From: Octopus sinensis
Lineage: Eukaryota
Assembly (NCBI RefSeq): GCF_006345805.1
Contig: NC_043008.1
Location: 39,060,001-39,124,000 of the forward strand
Length of the DNA: 64,000 nt
Direction of reading: 5' to 3'
Shown piece after piece: positions 49,041 to 61,370 of this stretch. The translations under genes and the position numbers were made by a program. How positions within the stretch are numbered: the first letter of the stretch is position 1; every line of letters starts with the position of its first letter. Below the pieces are notes generated by a model. That model saw nothing but the letters and a program-made list of their open reading frames with translations. It was not told the DNA's origin and ran no database searches.

Positions 49041-50735
49041 AGGAGTGGCTGTGTGGTATGTAGCTTGCGGATCTTTTCATTTTGAAAGCCAGATTTTCCT
49101 AGTTAACTAAACAATTTGAAACTTCGTATCGTATACTGGTAGAATGTGTCAAAAGAAAACATAATTGTAAACCAAAATGAAAACGGAATTGTAATTTCTA
49201 AGTTTAACGTTGTTTAATAATTCGAATTTTAACCAATGATATTCTTTCTTTCGACTTCATATCATTTAGTGCCTCTCAAAATATTGTTACTGTGACGTAA
49301 ACAGCTATTTTGTGACGTAGTTAACGTAAACATAAAATGTAAACATCCGCTTATCGTAACTAAACACTTCAAACTTCGTGGAGTACATATAAAATTTGTG
49401 CAGATCCTAAATAGTTAAATTCTTTTTGAAAGTCTTAGTATATATAAAATGAGTGTTTGAATTATTTTCCATTGTTTGCATTGCTTACACACACACACAC
49501 ACATACATACACACATACTAAAATTACATCGTTGGAGCAGTAATTTATTTATGTATTTTTTGTTATACAATTTATTTTTAAGCTGAATCCCTATCCTGCC
49601 ATTAACCTCTTTCTTATAAAATAGTTGAAGAATCTGGGGTGTAGGAATTGGGCCAGTATTGGAACTTTTAACTTCTTGCTCTCTATCTGATGATCTCCGA
49701 AATTTAAGAATCTTGTGTTAACTGGGCTCTTATTATTTACTCTGACTCTGCCACCACCTCAATGCAAAGACTATCAATATCTGAATCATCTTCACAACCA
49801 CCACTACAACCATTACTACAACCTCCAATGCCACCACCACAACCATCTTCTGCAACCACAGCCCCAAGATCAATACCAGCATCATATTCAAAATCACCAA
49901 TTTCACCACCACTACACTCTGCAATGTCTTCAACACTACCATCCAGGAGACATCCTAACATAATCAATGCTACTACTACTATCATCATCATTATCATCAT
50001 CATCCACTGCCGCCACCACCACCACCACCACCACCACCACTGCCATGATAACCACATCTACCACAGCTGTTTGCTTACTGCTTACCCACTCACAAAATAG
50101 CTGTCTACGTCACAGTAACACTATGCAGCTAATAATTTCAAAGGAAAACAGACAATACGATTGGTTAAAATTCGCAGATTTAAACTACGTTTAAAACTTA
50201 TAAAATACGTTTTTGTCAAAAAGACTAGTTGAAATTATTGTTTTCTTTTGACACATTCTACCAATATACGAAGTTTCAAATTATTTAGTTAACTAGAAAA
50301 ATCTGAAAAATCTGGCTTTCAAAATGAAAAGATCCGTAGCTTGCTTACCAACCACATGGATCTGGGTTCAGTCCCACTGCGTGGCACCTTGGGCAACTGT
50401 CTTTTACTATAGCCTCGGACCGACCAAAGCCTTGTGAGTGGATTTGGTAGACGGAAACTGAAAGAAGCCCGTCGCATATATGAATATATATATATGTGTG
50501 TATGTGTGTGTATATGTTTGTGCGTCTGTGTTTGCCCCCCCCCCGCCCCCCAACATCGCTTGACAACCGATGCTGGTGTGTTTACGTCCTCGTAATTTAG
50601 TGGTTCGGCAAAACAGACCGATAGAATAAGTACTAGGCTTACAAAAAATAAGTCCTGGGGTCGATTTGCTCGACTAAAGGTGGTGCTCCAGCATGGCCAC
50701 AGTCAAATGACTGAAACAAGTAGAAGTGTAAAAGA
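49041..50735 (+). mobile_element. Type A SINE split by a MITE
   Basis: Head ggagtggctgtgtggtatgtagcttgc (49041-49068) resumes as gtagcttgcttaccaaccacatgg at 50336. Confidence 0.88.
49069..50335. mobile_element. MITE, 1267 bp, long TIRs, 9-bp TSD
   Basis: GGATCTTTTCATTTTGAAAGCCAGA and its reverse complement at the ends; gtagcttgc at 49060-49068 and 50336-50344. Confidence 0.9.
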
Positions 50736-53289
50736 GAGAGTTATCCCACATAAGCTGAGGAACGGAAAACCAAGCCGAAAAGAGCAAAAGCTTTAACTGC
50801 AGTCGCATCCAGCAGTGCAACAACTGCAGTGACTCTAGAAACCAAACTTCTTTTTTAGCCATGCTGAATCTGGCGAAAGAAATTCAGAGAAGTATCCAAC
50901 CTCTATTACCAACCCAAGGCAAAAATACCCTTACTGAGTAGCAACAACAATAACAACAACAAACATGATGTGCGGATCCTGAAGAAACGCATCGATGCTG
51001 CTCCCTTAACAATGACATTTCTCCTTCACGCCTAAGGTATCAACCCAGCCATCAAGGTTCAAAAATGGAAACTATCCTACATTGAGGAATGGATTGCAGC
51101 ACGCTCACATCCAATCCCTTTCTTTGTCCTAATTGAGACCCACCTAAATGACCTTCATTTAGAGGCTGAACTGAAAACCAAAGACTTCAGTGCCATTCGC
51201 TCAGATCGGGCAGGCCAAAGAAACGATGGAGTTGCTGTTTCCCTCCATGATTCTTTCAGCACAGATACCAAGGATCTTTTCTCCAACGGCTACTACGAAT
51301 CAGTCTCAACACAACAAGAGTAAAGACCTGTCTGTCGTTGGGCTCTACAGATCCCCACAAGCATCCTTACACTATTTCCAAAAGTGACTCGAGAACATCA
51401 CATTTTTCCTCCTGCGATGTAACCCAGGAAATATTCTGATGATGGGCGACTTTAACCCACCCTCGGTAGATTGGTCCACTAATATTGTTAGACCAAGAAC
51501 TTTCACCTCAAGCTCAGACAAAGCAGCAGTAGAGTAAATTTTCAAATTTATGGATATTTTTTCTGTCACAATTCGTCCATGAACAAACCAGAAACAACCA
51601 CAGCGTTTTGGACCTAGTGCTAAGCACTCTTGCTAACAGTAGCCATAACATCATAGTAGAAAGATCCTTCCTATCCGATCTGTAACCTCAATGTTCAGCA
51701 TCCAAAAAGTTTGGCATAAATCAATAGCTCCAGTACTACCATTTGGTAATATAAATTTACACAAGTCAAAGTGGAATGTGATCACTCAAGACTTATTGCA
51801 AGTGGACTGTCCTTCACCCTTGCTTCTTCCAATGTCACAACAAACACAAATGCATGGCAACTCTTTGAGGACACAGTTACCCACATATACTCAAAACACA
51901 CACTCACACGACTCATAAATAACAGTAGATGCAGGATTCCAAAACAGAGAAAAGCGCATATCAGGAGAATATGAAGAATAAACCGAAAAATCAATATTCT
52001 AAAATACCACCATCAGCAGCGCACCCAAAGAGAACATTAACAACTTTGGAATCAAAGAAGCTACAGCTGCAGGGCTGTATGAGAACCTTCATAAACGACC
52101 AAAGAGCTACAGAATAACTCTAATGTCTTTTACTCCTTTGCAAAAACACATAAGTCCATAGCTTCCTCTATCCGCACATTGGTTGACGGAAACGGTATGC
52201 ATCTTTCACGGTGATGCCAAAGATACGGCTGAGGTTCTGCAAAGTCAATACCGCTCTGTTTTCAGTGACCCACATTCAGTTAAATCAAGCATCTTTACTT
52301 CTTTGGATCCTGAAAATGTCTTTTCCGACATAACCTTCGACGCCACTGATATCCAGCAGCAATAAAAGAAATCAAACCTGATGCAGCAGTGGGGCCAGAC
52401 AGGTTCCTTGCTAGAGTGCTGAAGGAATGCAGACAGCATCTTTCAAGTCCTCTTGCAAATCTCTGGAGGAAATTACCGAATGCCAGTGTTATCCCTCAAA
52501 ATTTCTCTATTAGTCATTCGCTCCTCTCTTTAAAAAAGGGAATAAATTGCTTCCAGTAAACTACCGTCCAATCTCACTCACCTCACATACCACCAAAATG
52601 TTTGAGAGAGAGTTGAGATCAAGAATAACAGCCTTCCTAGAGCAAAATCATCTTCTAAATTACAACCAGCATGGCTTTCGTGGTGGGAGACACTGTCTAA
52701 CACAGCTCCTCCACCACTTTGATGACTTAAATTCACCAAGTGAGGGCTTCAACACCTCAAATTTGGGGGAATGAATTAAGTCTATTACATCGACCCCAGT
52801 GCGAAACTGGTACTGAATCGACCCTGAAAGGATGAAAGGCAAAGTCGACTCCAGCGGAATTTGAATCTGAACTCAGACCGTAAAACAGACAAAATCCCGC
52901 TAAGTAATTTTCCCGGCATGCTAACGGTTCTGCCTGCTCACCGCCTTAGAATAATAATAATAATAATAATAGTAATAATAATAATCCTTTCTACTAAAGG
53001 CACAAGTCCTAAAATTTTGGTGGAGGGGGCTAGTCTATTACATCTACCCCACTGTTTTACTGGTACACCGAAGTATGAAAAACAAAGTCGATCTCGGCGG
53101 AATTTAGAATAATAATAATATTATTGTCACAACCACAGCTCTTGCTTTCGACCTTCCACTAGAAATAACAGTCGAAATGAAACAAAAACGTGAACTGTCA
53201 ATAAAAACAAAAGAATAATGAAGTAAGACTATGTAGCGGAATATTATGAATTAAAGAAATTCATATTTTCCATACAAATCGCATTTTTC

Positions 53290-53950
53290 GCACATGCAGG
53301 GTCACATAAACACGTAAAAATGTGAGTCCACTATAAAACGATACCTGCCATAGCACCGTTTATTTCCTCGCATAAGACAGGCCCAAGTGTTTCGTACTTG
53401 TTGAGTATAGATATTGCCTTGCGAATTAACAAACTCAATGCTGTGCTTCAACGTTCTATGGTGAAATTGGTACCCTGATATCTCAGGAATATGCAAATAT
53501 GCACGTCACAGACTTCTGTAAATAGGTATAAACTTCTCGAGTTTCGCGACATACACTGCCGAAAACCCACTACACTAGTAGCATTATTGAATCCCGCTGT
53601 TATTTCCTTCTGAAAAAGACTGTTTCGTATGTTTCAACAATTCTGCCGGCACCACCCATCTTTATTTGGTTACGACGTAAATCGTGTGCGCAGACCTCTC
53701 GTAAATAAATTCTATAATCTACTGCTACTTCCTTACAAAATGTAGTCGTTGTCAAGTCTTTGACCCAGGAGTACATAAACAAAATCACACTTCTTAGTAG
53801 AAGGATCCCGCCTTTCAACTTTCAACCACATGCCTCTTCTAACAGAGACAAGGCTCACAACATTTTCTTCTAATACATCAAGGGTATACGTAGGTAAGAA
53901 ATACAAACAATAATTAATGAAGCAGAGTTTACCTTGGGCAAAAATCATCT
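53290..53950 (-). pseudogene. Degenerate Merlin (ISXO2/IS1016-like DDE) transposase
   Basis: LREVC...KMGGAGRIVETYETVFFRRK, WVFGSVCRETRE, HRTLKHSIEFVN...YTQQVRNTW across frameshifts and stops. Confidence 0.8.
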
Positions 53951-54343
53951 GTCTAAATTTGGGACTTCATAAGACTTGAAAATTTGAAAATATTAACAGA
54001 TTTACATGTATGATAGTTGTACTGGATTGTTTTGGCTTATAGAGTTAACCCACACTCCATTTTAACGTCATCAGATTTTCGTTGGCAGAGTGTATCTCGC
54101 GGAAAAAATTTTTTGCAAACATTTATGTGAGATCTGATTTGATGTCAATTAAAAAATTCGATTCGATGCCGGAAGAATTTCAGGCCGTGGATTACCAATA
54201 TCATCCATGTATGTTCACGACACTTTGGTGCATTGGATAAAATGATTATTTGTCGTTTTGTGCCCAGAGCATAAAAGTCTCCGTGGTAATGACATAATTA
54301 TCCTTTTATAGCATTGTTACATTTACACACATACAGACTCACA

Positions 54344-54379
<36 letters not shown>

Positions 54380-54663
54380 CATTAACACACACAGATACAC
54401 ACACGCACATGCACACACATAGATACACACATGCACAGGTATAGTAATACAGACACATACATGCAGTCATATACATACAGCTCGTACATGCAGCTATGGA
54501 CGTGGAGGGTTTTGAATTTATTTTCATTCATTTAATCGATTTGAAAAGACGCCGTTGTTGCTATTTACCAAAGAAGCGGCATTCTTTAAACGCCAACGGA
54601 AGATATATTCCTGCTATAAACGGAAATTGTAAAATAGCACAAGTCAAAGCTTCGAAAAGAAAT

Positions 54664-57600
54664 ATGAAAATTTTGCGTTTACTTTTTATATTATTCAATT
54701 TTTTGCCTTCAAATAATGGGAAATATATTATTAAGTTTAAAGAAGAGCATTTCCCCCCAAGTAGCATTCCTTCTAATCCATTAAATCTCTACTATTCTGT
54801 CCCACTAAATCAAACGATTAGCAAATCAATAATTGCCGTGTTACAATTTAAGAACGGGACTCTGTTTACACCAAAACCAACATCAAACATAACAGCAAAA
54901 GTGACATCACTGGATGTTAAAACAGCCGAAAACAGTTCCCATTCAGATACTTGGGCTGAGAGTGGAGGTAAATTGTGTCAGAAAACAGCATGGTGGCTGG
55001 GTTATCCGGAGAGATTAAATAGAGAATATGCGAAAACCCGGTGTGGGTCACCGAATTCTAAAGTTCAATTGAACATTGAAATATTTAAAGGAGAAATAAT
55101 AATTGACTGGATCTACCATGAACATACAATATTACCGCCTGGCCCACGAGTGCTGAGAATTGAGGTCCCCAAATATCACGCAAAAACTGATACTAATCCA
55201 ATACGCATTACAGTTCCTGCACATCATTTGAGAATTACCAAACAACCTCCAGCATCAGTAAAAGCGAACCATAATTTCGATGTTGAGGTCGAAATTCGGG
55301 ATAGCAGCAATAAACGAGTAGAAGATGGCCTTGATTCAGTGGCATTTGTTATATTAACAGTTCCGTATGACTATAAGAAATTCTATGCCGACAAAAAGAG
55401 AGAAATGATTTTAGCTTCGTCAGAAGTCATGCTGGACGCTGATGAATTTTTGCTACATCTCAACACACGAGATTTGTCTATTCGTAAACAAGCGGTGAAG
55501 GGTAAAGTTGTTTTCCGAACTATTCGAATTTTAGATGCAGTCCATAATTTTCAGTTAAATTTAACGATGACAATGGCACGTGATCCTTTTATTAGAATTC
55601 CATCTTGTCCGTCTTGCTATATCGATTTTGATCACTATCATATTTCAGATGATGGCAAATATTTTCTGTTCACTCGTGTGACAGGTGCGAAACAGGGGAA
55701 TATATTGCCTATGATTTTCACGTCTTTAATAAGCATCGAGGTTCAGCTTATATCGAAATTAGTTCTCGATGAAAAAGTGAAAGAAAGATGGAATAAAATT
55801 CGAGATCCCAAAACGAAAAGAATCCCTATATTACTAAGTTCCTTCATCCCTGGTGGATTTTCTCTTATTGCGTTGGATAGCAGTGATCATCGAATATATT
55901 CAGGGCCAGATTCTGATCGTTCATTATTTTTTCTAACAGATCCGGTTGATGTTTGTGTATCATCTGATAAATATGCTAAGTTAAAAAGAGGAAGAGCTAT
56001 TATATATATATCAATATGTGAGGTAATTGACAAAGTAAAGTTAACGATATACCCTCACGGTAAAAAACAAATTTCATATACCACACCAGAGTTTACTGTT
56101 CGAGGTAATGTTTCAATTGTCCACTTTGGAGATCTTCACTACAGTGGGTCTGGGGAAAACGTTGATTCTCACGTTAATACTTTCATTCAACTTGCTGTAA
56201 ATGACATCAACAATGGAATATTAGTTCCGTATTTGAAAAAGAAAGGCATGTGGTTCAGTGTAAAAAGCGTGGACACCAAGAACAATGTATCGATTGCATA
56301 CAAAAAATTAATGTATTTTACTTCAGAAATTAATTTGCTTCGTTATGATAGTATACGTTTAGTGATCAGTAGCGTGTCATTAGAGATCACTGAAGCCGTA
56401 TACCCATTGCTTCTGAAAGGACGTTTGCCATTTATTTCAATAGCTAACATTGGAGGTGATTTCTCCAGCATCCAAAGATACAAATATTTCAATAGGATTT
56501 GTTGGACGGAAGACTCTCTCATCAACTCAGTACTTCTCGCTACGAAAGAGCGGAAATGGTTTCAAATATTAATAATGCGTTACCACGACACTCACGTCAG
56601 CCCACTCTTTTACGTTTATATGAATAAATATGGAATCAAATTGATTGCAGATATTGTCCTTCCGGTTCTAAAGAATATAGATGAAAAAAGTATGTTTGCT
56701 AAGCATTTCACGGCAGAAATGTTAGATACTGCCGCTTCAGGTTGTAAGATAATATTTTTATTTGCGCCTAAGTTTATTCAACCTTATGTATTCCATGATG
56801 CATATTTGACTGGCATCTCTGCGTTACATGGTTTTCAATGGGTTTTATTTGGTGAATATGCCAGGCAATTCCCATTTGATGATGAGGGAGTATGCAATGG
56901 TACAGTGAAATGCACTCATGCATTTGCAGGTACAAATTTGTTTAGTGAACAATATAATATAAGCGGCTATAGTTCATCTGACTGGTTTCGAATATTCGGT
57001 AATTGGTTTGCAGCCGACAAAACTATATACAAAGGCGGAAGCGTAAGCTACAGACCTAACTATATTGGTGCAAGAATGGGGCTTGGATACGATGCTGTGC
57101 ATCTTTATGCAGCCATGCTGGCGCAAATCATCCGCCATCAAACGACAGCGACTGGAGAACAACAAGTTGCTGAATTACGAAAAGTTAAAATTCATGGTTT
57201 GACTTCTTATCTGCAACTTGATAGACATGGGAACCGTATTGGTTACTTCGGATCTTTAGCTCATATAAATCCTCGTTCAAATCGGACAGGTTCAGGTGAA
57301 GAAAGAGTCACAGAATTTATAAGGTGCTTCCAAAAAATCAACAACACTGCCCAACTAGAGATCCCATATTCTGCAAAAGGAGATTACCAAAGATTTGACA
57401 TTGAAGCTCCACTCACACTACCACATTCTACTCGATATAACTTACGCCGATATTGGTCTTATTCTGGCATGATTGATATAATCACACAAAGATTGATTAG
57501 AAATCCCCGAGAAAGTTGGCCTCCAGTTAAGATAATGAGGACTGAGAAGGTCGTACCACCTTTCTTTTGTAAAAAGCCGTGCGGGAGAAAACTGGTAAGC

Positions 57601-59727
57601 CCCGAGGATGTAACTATTTTCGATACTGGTACGTGTATTTCAAAAGACAAATGCAAATGCAAAGATGGGTACCAAGGTGCAAAATGTCATATTGTGGAGT
57701 GTGGCTGTGACAATGGTCATTGCATAGAACCAAGAGAATGCATATGTAAAGAGGGTTATGTTGGCCCCTACTGCGAAAAGGCAAATTGCACCAAATGCAA
57801 ATATGGGACATGTTCCAAACCGTTTGAGTGTCGTTGTCACACATGGATTTACACAGGGAAATACTGTGATGTGCATGTCGGATACATCATATTAACTATT
57901 GCAGCTATTTTAATATCAAGCTTCTTCGTGTATTTCATTATTACAAAATTAATAGAACACAGGCAAAAACGAGCAGCTCTCGCTAATACTGACTGGATTG
58001 TCGATTGGTCAACTGTTGAAATATATGAGACAAGCCATGTCTCATTTCCTTATAACAGCAGATGTGCATCCATGATTCAGAGATACAGATGGAAAGGACA
58101 AGAATGGTATGTAAAATTCATTAACAGTAGTACAATAGATAGCAAAAATGAAGCTCTTATTCTCGAAATGGTTAGCTTGGTTAAACTTAGACATGAGAAC
58201 CTTATTCAATATGGTGGTGCTTGTCTGGTGAAACCCAATGTCAGTCTGTTTGTCGAATTCCTCGATAAGGGAAGTCTAAAAGATATTTTACAAAATGAAG
58301 CAGTTGATCTTGGATGGGAATTCCGGTTCTCCTTTCTGAAAGACATATGTCGTGGTATGGAATTTATTCACAACAAAACAGATATCAAGTCCCACGGTCG
58401 TCTGAAATCTTCAAACTGTTTATTAAACAATCGGTGGACAGTACGCCTCACTGGTTTTGGGGCAAATATTATTCGTTTTGGGGAGAAGAGGATTACGAAA
58501 TCAGTTCACAGCAAGAAAGAGCTATTCTGGACAGCTCCTGAATTGTTAAAAAATGTCTCAGATTTAGATGGAATCAAATCTGGTACACAGCCTGGTGATG
58601 TTTATTCATTCGCAATAGTCACAAGTGAAATTATTACTAGAGCGCCCCCTTATAAATACGAACTCTATTATTTATCAGTAAAAGAAATTATAGGTTTAAT
58701 AACATATGAATCTAGCAAGGCGATACGGCGAATTTGGGAAGATATCGGTGGAAAGGCCATGCTTTACACAAGACCAATTATAAAAGAAGAACTTTTCCCG
58801 ACAAATACAACCACTCATGAGTTATTTGCCAAAATGATTGCACAATGTTGGCAGGATGAACCTTTAGCGAGGCCTGTGTTCGGTACAATTCATCAAATGC
58901 TTACAGAAATACATCCAGGGAAAGGTGAGTTTAAAGATAATTTAATTGATCGGTTGGAGACGTATTCTAGTAGTTTAGAAGTTGTCGTCATTCAAAGAAC
59001 AAAAGAACTTAAAAAGAGCAAGGATAAAGCAGAAAGGCTCCTTGGCGAAATGCTTCCAAGGAAAGTAGCGAACGACATAAGAGAAGGAAACAAAATTTAT
59101 CCAGAGTATTTTGAATGTGTCAGTGTATTCTTTAGCGATGTCACCAATTTCTCCAATATTTGCAACGAGAGTAAAGCATTCGAGGTTGTGGACTTTTTGA
59201 ATGAGATTTATAATGCATTCGACAAAGTTCTCGATGATTATGATGTTTATAAAGTAGAAACTATCAGTGACTCATATATGGTGGTGAGTGGTCTCCCAGA
59301 GAAGAATGAGAATCGCCATGCTGGAGAAATTGCAACAATGGCTTTAGATCTGATGTCAACGGTGACGGTGTTTGAAATACCACATATGCCAAAATCTACT
59401 TTACAATTACGAATTGGAATACATTCAGGACCAGTGGTTAGCGGTGTGGTTGGTAAACTTATGCCTCGGTATTTTTTGTTCGGAGACACTGTGAACACAG
59501 CTTCGAGGATGGAGTCCAGTTGTTATGCTCTGCGAATTCAAGTGAGTGAGACTACAGCTGGCATTCTTGAAGAATTAGGGGGATATGCCTTGGAATCAAG
59601 AGGCCAGATAAATGTGAAAGGACGAGGGATGATGACAACCTACTGGCTTTGGGGCAAAGACACCTTCAAAAAAATATTGCCGGATCAATCTCTCGCTTTG
59701 AGAATTTCTAAACACAAAGTTAAGTGA
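54664..59727 (+). CDS. Receptor guanylyl cyclase copy 3, intronless, about 1687 aa, same architecture as copy 2
   Basis: The ORF is open from 54496, but ATG54664 gives a signal-peptide-like MKILRLLFILFNFLPSNNG collinear with the paralogs. Same Ig-like, flytrap, EGF, TM, HGRLKSSNC and FGDTVNTASRMES motifs. Confidence 0.95.
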   Translation: MKILRLLFILFNFLPSNNGKYIIKFKEEHFPPSSIPSNPLNLYYSVPLNQTISKSIIAVLQFKNGTLFTPKPTSNITAKVTSLDVKTAENSSHSDTWAESGGKLCQKTAWWLGYPERLNREYAKTRCGSPNSKVQLNIEIFKGEIIIDWIYHEHTILPPGPRVLRIEVPKYHAKTDTNPIRITVPAHHLRITKQPPASVKANHNFDVEVEIRDSSNKRVEDGLDSVAFVILTVPYDYKKFYADKKREMILASSEVMLDADEFLLHLNTRDLSIRKQAVKGKVVFRTIRILDAVHNFQLNLTMTMARDPFIRIPSCPSCYIDFDHYHISDDGKYFLFTRVTGAKQGNILPMIFTSLISIEVQLISKLVLDEKVKERWNKIRDPKTKRIPILLSSFIPGGFSLIALDSSDHRIYSGPDSDRSLFFLTDPVDVCVSSDKYAKLKRGRAIIYISICEVIDKVKLTIYPHGKKQISYTTPEFTVRGNVSIVHFGDLHYSGSGENVDSHVNTFIQLAVNDINNGILVPYLKKKGMWFSVKSVDTKNNVSIAYKKLMYFTSEINLLRYDSIRLVISSVSLEITEAVYPLLLKGRLPFISIANIGGDFSSIQRYKYFNRICWTEDSLINSVLLATKERKWFQILIMRYHDTHVSPLFYVYMNKYGIKLIADIVLPVLKNIDEKSMFAKHFTAEMLDTAASGCKIIFLFAPKFIQPYVFHDAYLTGISALHGFQWVLFGEYARQFPFDDEGVCNGTVKCTHAFAGTNLFSEQYNISGYSSSDWFRIFGNWFAADKTIYKGGSVSYRPNYIGARMGLGYDAVHLYAAMLAQIIRHQTTATGEQQVAELRKVKIHGLTSYLQLDRHGNRIGYFGSLAHINPRSNRTGSGEERVTEFIRCFQKINNTAQLEIPYSAKGDYQRFDIEAPLTLPHSTRYNLRRYWSYSGMIDIITQRLIRNPRESWPPVKIMRTEKVVPPFFCKKPCGRKLVSPEDVTIFDTGTCISKDKCKCKDGYQGAKCHIVECGCDNGHCIEPRECICKEGYVGPYCEKANCTKCKYGTCSKPFECRCHTWIYTGKYCDVHVGYIILTIAAILISSFFVYFIITKLIEHRQKRAALANTDWIVDWSTVEIYETSHVSFPYNSRCASMIQRYRWKGQEWYVKFINSSTIDSKNEALILEMVSLVKLRHENLIQYGGACLVKPNVSLFVEFLDKGSLKDILQNEAVDLGWEFRFSFLKDICRGMEFIHNKTDIKSHGRLKSSNCLLNNRWTVRLTGFGANIIRFGEKRITKSVHSKKELFWTAPELLKNVSDLDGIKSGTQPGDVYSFAIVTSEIITRAPPYKYELYYLSVKEIIGLITYESSKAIRRIWEDIGGKAMLYTRPIIKEELFPTNTTTHELFAKMIAQCWQDEPLARPVFGTIHQMLTEIHPGKGEFKDNLIDRLETYSSSLEVVVIQRTKELKKSKDKAERLLGEMLPRKVANDIREGNKIYPEYFECVSVFFSDVTNFSNICNESKAFEVVDFLNEIYNAFDKVLDDYDVYKVETISDSYMVVSGLPEKNENRHAGEIATMALDLMSTVTVFEIPHMPKSTLQLRIGIHSGPVVSGVVGKLMPRYFLFGDTVNTASRMESSCYALRIQVSETTAGILEELGGYALESRGQINVKGRGMMTTYWLWGKDTFKKILPDQSLALRISKHKVK

Positions 59728-60156
59728 GAAAATTTTATTGGTCACAACTACCACAACACCTATGATTTTGGCAATGAAGACGTCGGTGATGATGATAATG
59801 TTGACGACGTCAATGGCTACGTTGAGATCGGTTATAATGAATACCTAGATGAAAAACAATATGTTACCGCTCATGATGATGTAAATTATGATTATAGGCG
59901 CAAAGCCTGAAATTTTAGGGGGAAGAGGAAAGTCGATTACATCGACCCTAGTACTCACTGGTACTTAATTTATCGACCTTGGTGGAATTTGAACTCAGAA
60001 CGTAGTGGCTGAGTTACAAATTATAATATTGATAATGATAACGATGGTATCTGCTCTATTTGCATTGGAAGTCGACTGAATTCGTAATGTCGACTAGTAT
60101 CGCATATAATGTTAAGTACCACAAGGTTTTACAACATCAAGATCTGAATGCATGTA

Positions 60157-60197
<41 letters not shown>

Positions 60198-60383
60198 GTC
60201 TCTCTCATAAACAGCATACTCACACAATCCCCCTCTCTCTCTCAGTGTCTCACATAAACCTATAACAAGAATGCATAGATTGATTTACATATACTTATAT
60301 TTTGGTATCCAAAAGCATTGAATACCTGTATTTGCAGCTGAATATGTTCAATAAAAATTAACAATGTATATTCCGCAATGAAA

Positions 60384-60585
60384 GGCTGGCAGAATCGTTA
60401 GTACGACGGGAAAAACGCTTAGCTCCATTTCATCTGTCTTTACGTTCTGAGTTCAAATTCCGTTGAGGTGGACTTTGCTTTTCAGCCTTTCGTGGTTGGT
60501 AGAATACGTACCAGTAGAATATTGAGGTCGATATAATCGGCTTACTTCCTCCCTCAAAGTTTCTGGCCTTGTACCAAAATAATAA
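60384..60585 (+). mobile_element. Type C SINE
   Basis: gctggcagaatcgttag...ctgagttcaaattccg..gaggtggactttgc core. Confidence 0.75.
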
Positions 60586-61314
60586 ACCAATATATATGCT
60601 ATAATATGTCATATAAAACGGCCTCGTGACGTCTGATTTCGCGTGGTCTCAAGTGTTTTGGAAGTGAATGACACCTGACACACCACAGCCCAAAGTAATT
60701 AATGTGTGATGGTGCCAGGTTACAGTTAACTTTGCATGTCATGTATGGTAGCCCTGTTATTTAAATTTTGGTTCAGTGCTGATTTTGGAACAAAACATTC
60801 TCACCGTACAGATGACCAGTGTTAGTTAAACGCGCATTTGTGTATGGTCTAGGTAGAGCTCAACTTTTCTTTCCTGTATGCCATGGTCTACACTTTTGAA
60901 GTTTACACAAACAGGATCCGTCATTGAGGTTTGTTTTCATATTGATGAATAACCGGCAAGATGCTTTGTCTGTCAGCGGGGAAAACTTTCATATGCAGTG
61001 TCTCAAAGGCACAGTGGTTTTGTGGAAATAATTCAAATAATGGAAAGAACACACACAAACACATACACATGCATACAAATCATACACACACACGTACATT
61101 TATTATTTAAATTGTTTCAGTCATTGTAAAACGGCCATGCTTGGGCACCGCCTCCAAAGTCTTCAACGAACCAAACGAGCTCAAAATGTCCTTCCCATGA
61201 CGTAGGATGCTTTCCAGAATTTTTGGGGTAAATAATTCTTCCTGGACGGGACGCCGGCCCGCTGGAAGTAAAATAACAATCTTGCTACTATGACTGCAAC
61301 ACACCACACTGAGT

Positions 61315-61370
<56 letters not shown>

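Larger units (their letters stand above)
46648..52740 (+). mobile_element. Old CR1-clade LINE (probably family B): ORF1 through endonuclease to RT start, interrupted by three MITEs and a SINE
   Basis: ATG46648 gives a Myb/SANT-like start; S/P/T-rich tract; CCCH finger restored by removing a MITE; APE motif FVLIETHL near 51120; NYRPISLTS and QHGFRGGRHCLTQLL at 52560-52720. Confidence 0.7.

Noticed and set aside
54496-54663. 56-codon N-terminal extension of copy 3
   Set aside because: No counterpart in the paralogs, and it would bury the signal peptide; ATG54664 is preferred
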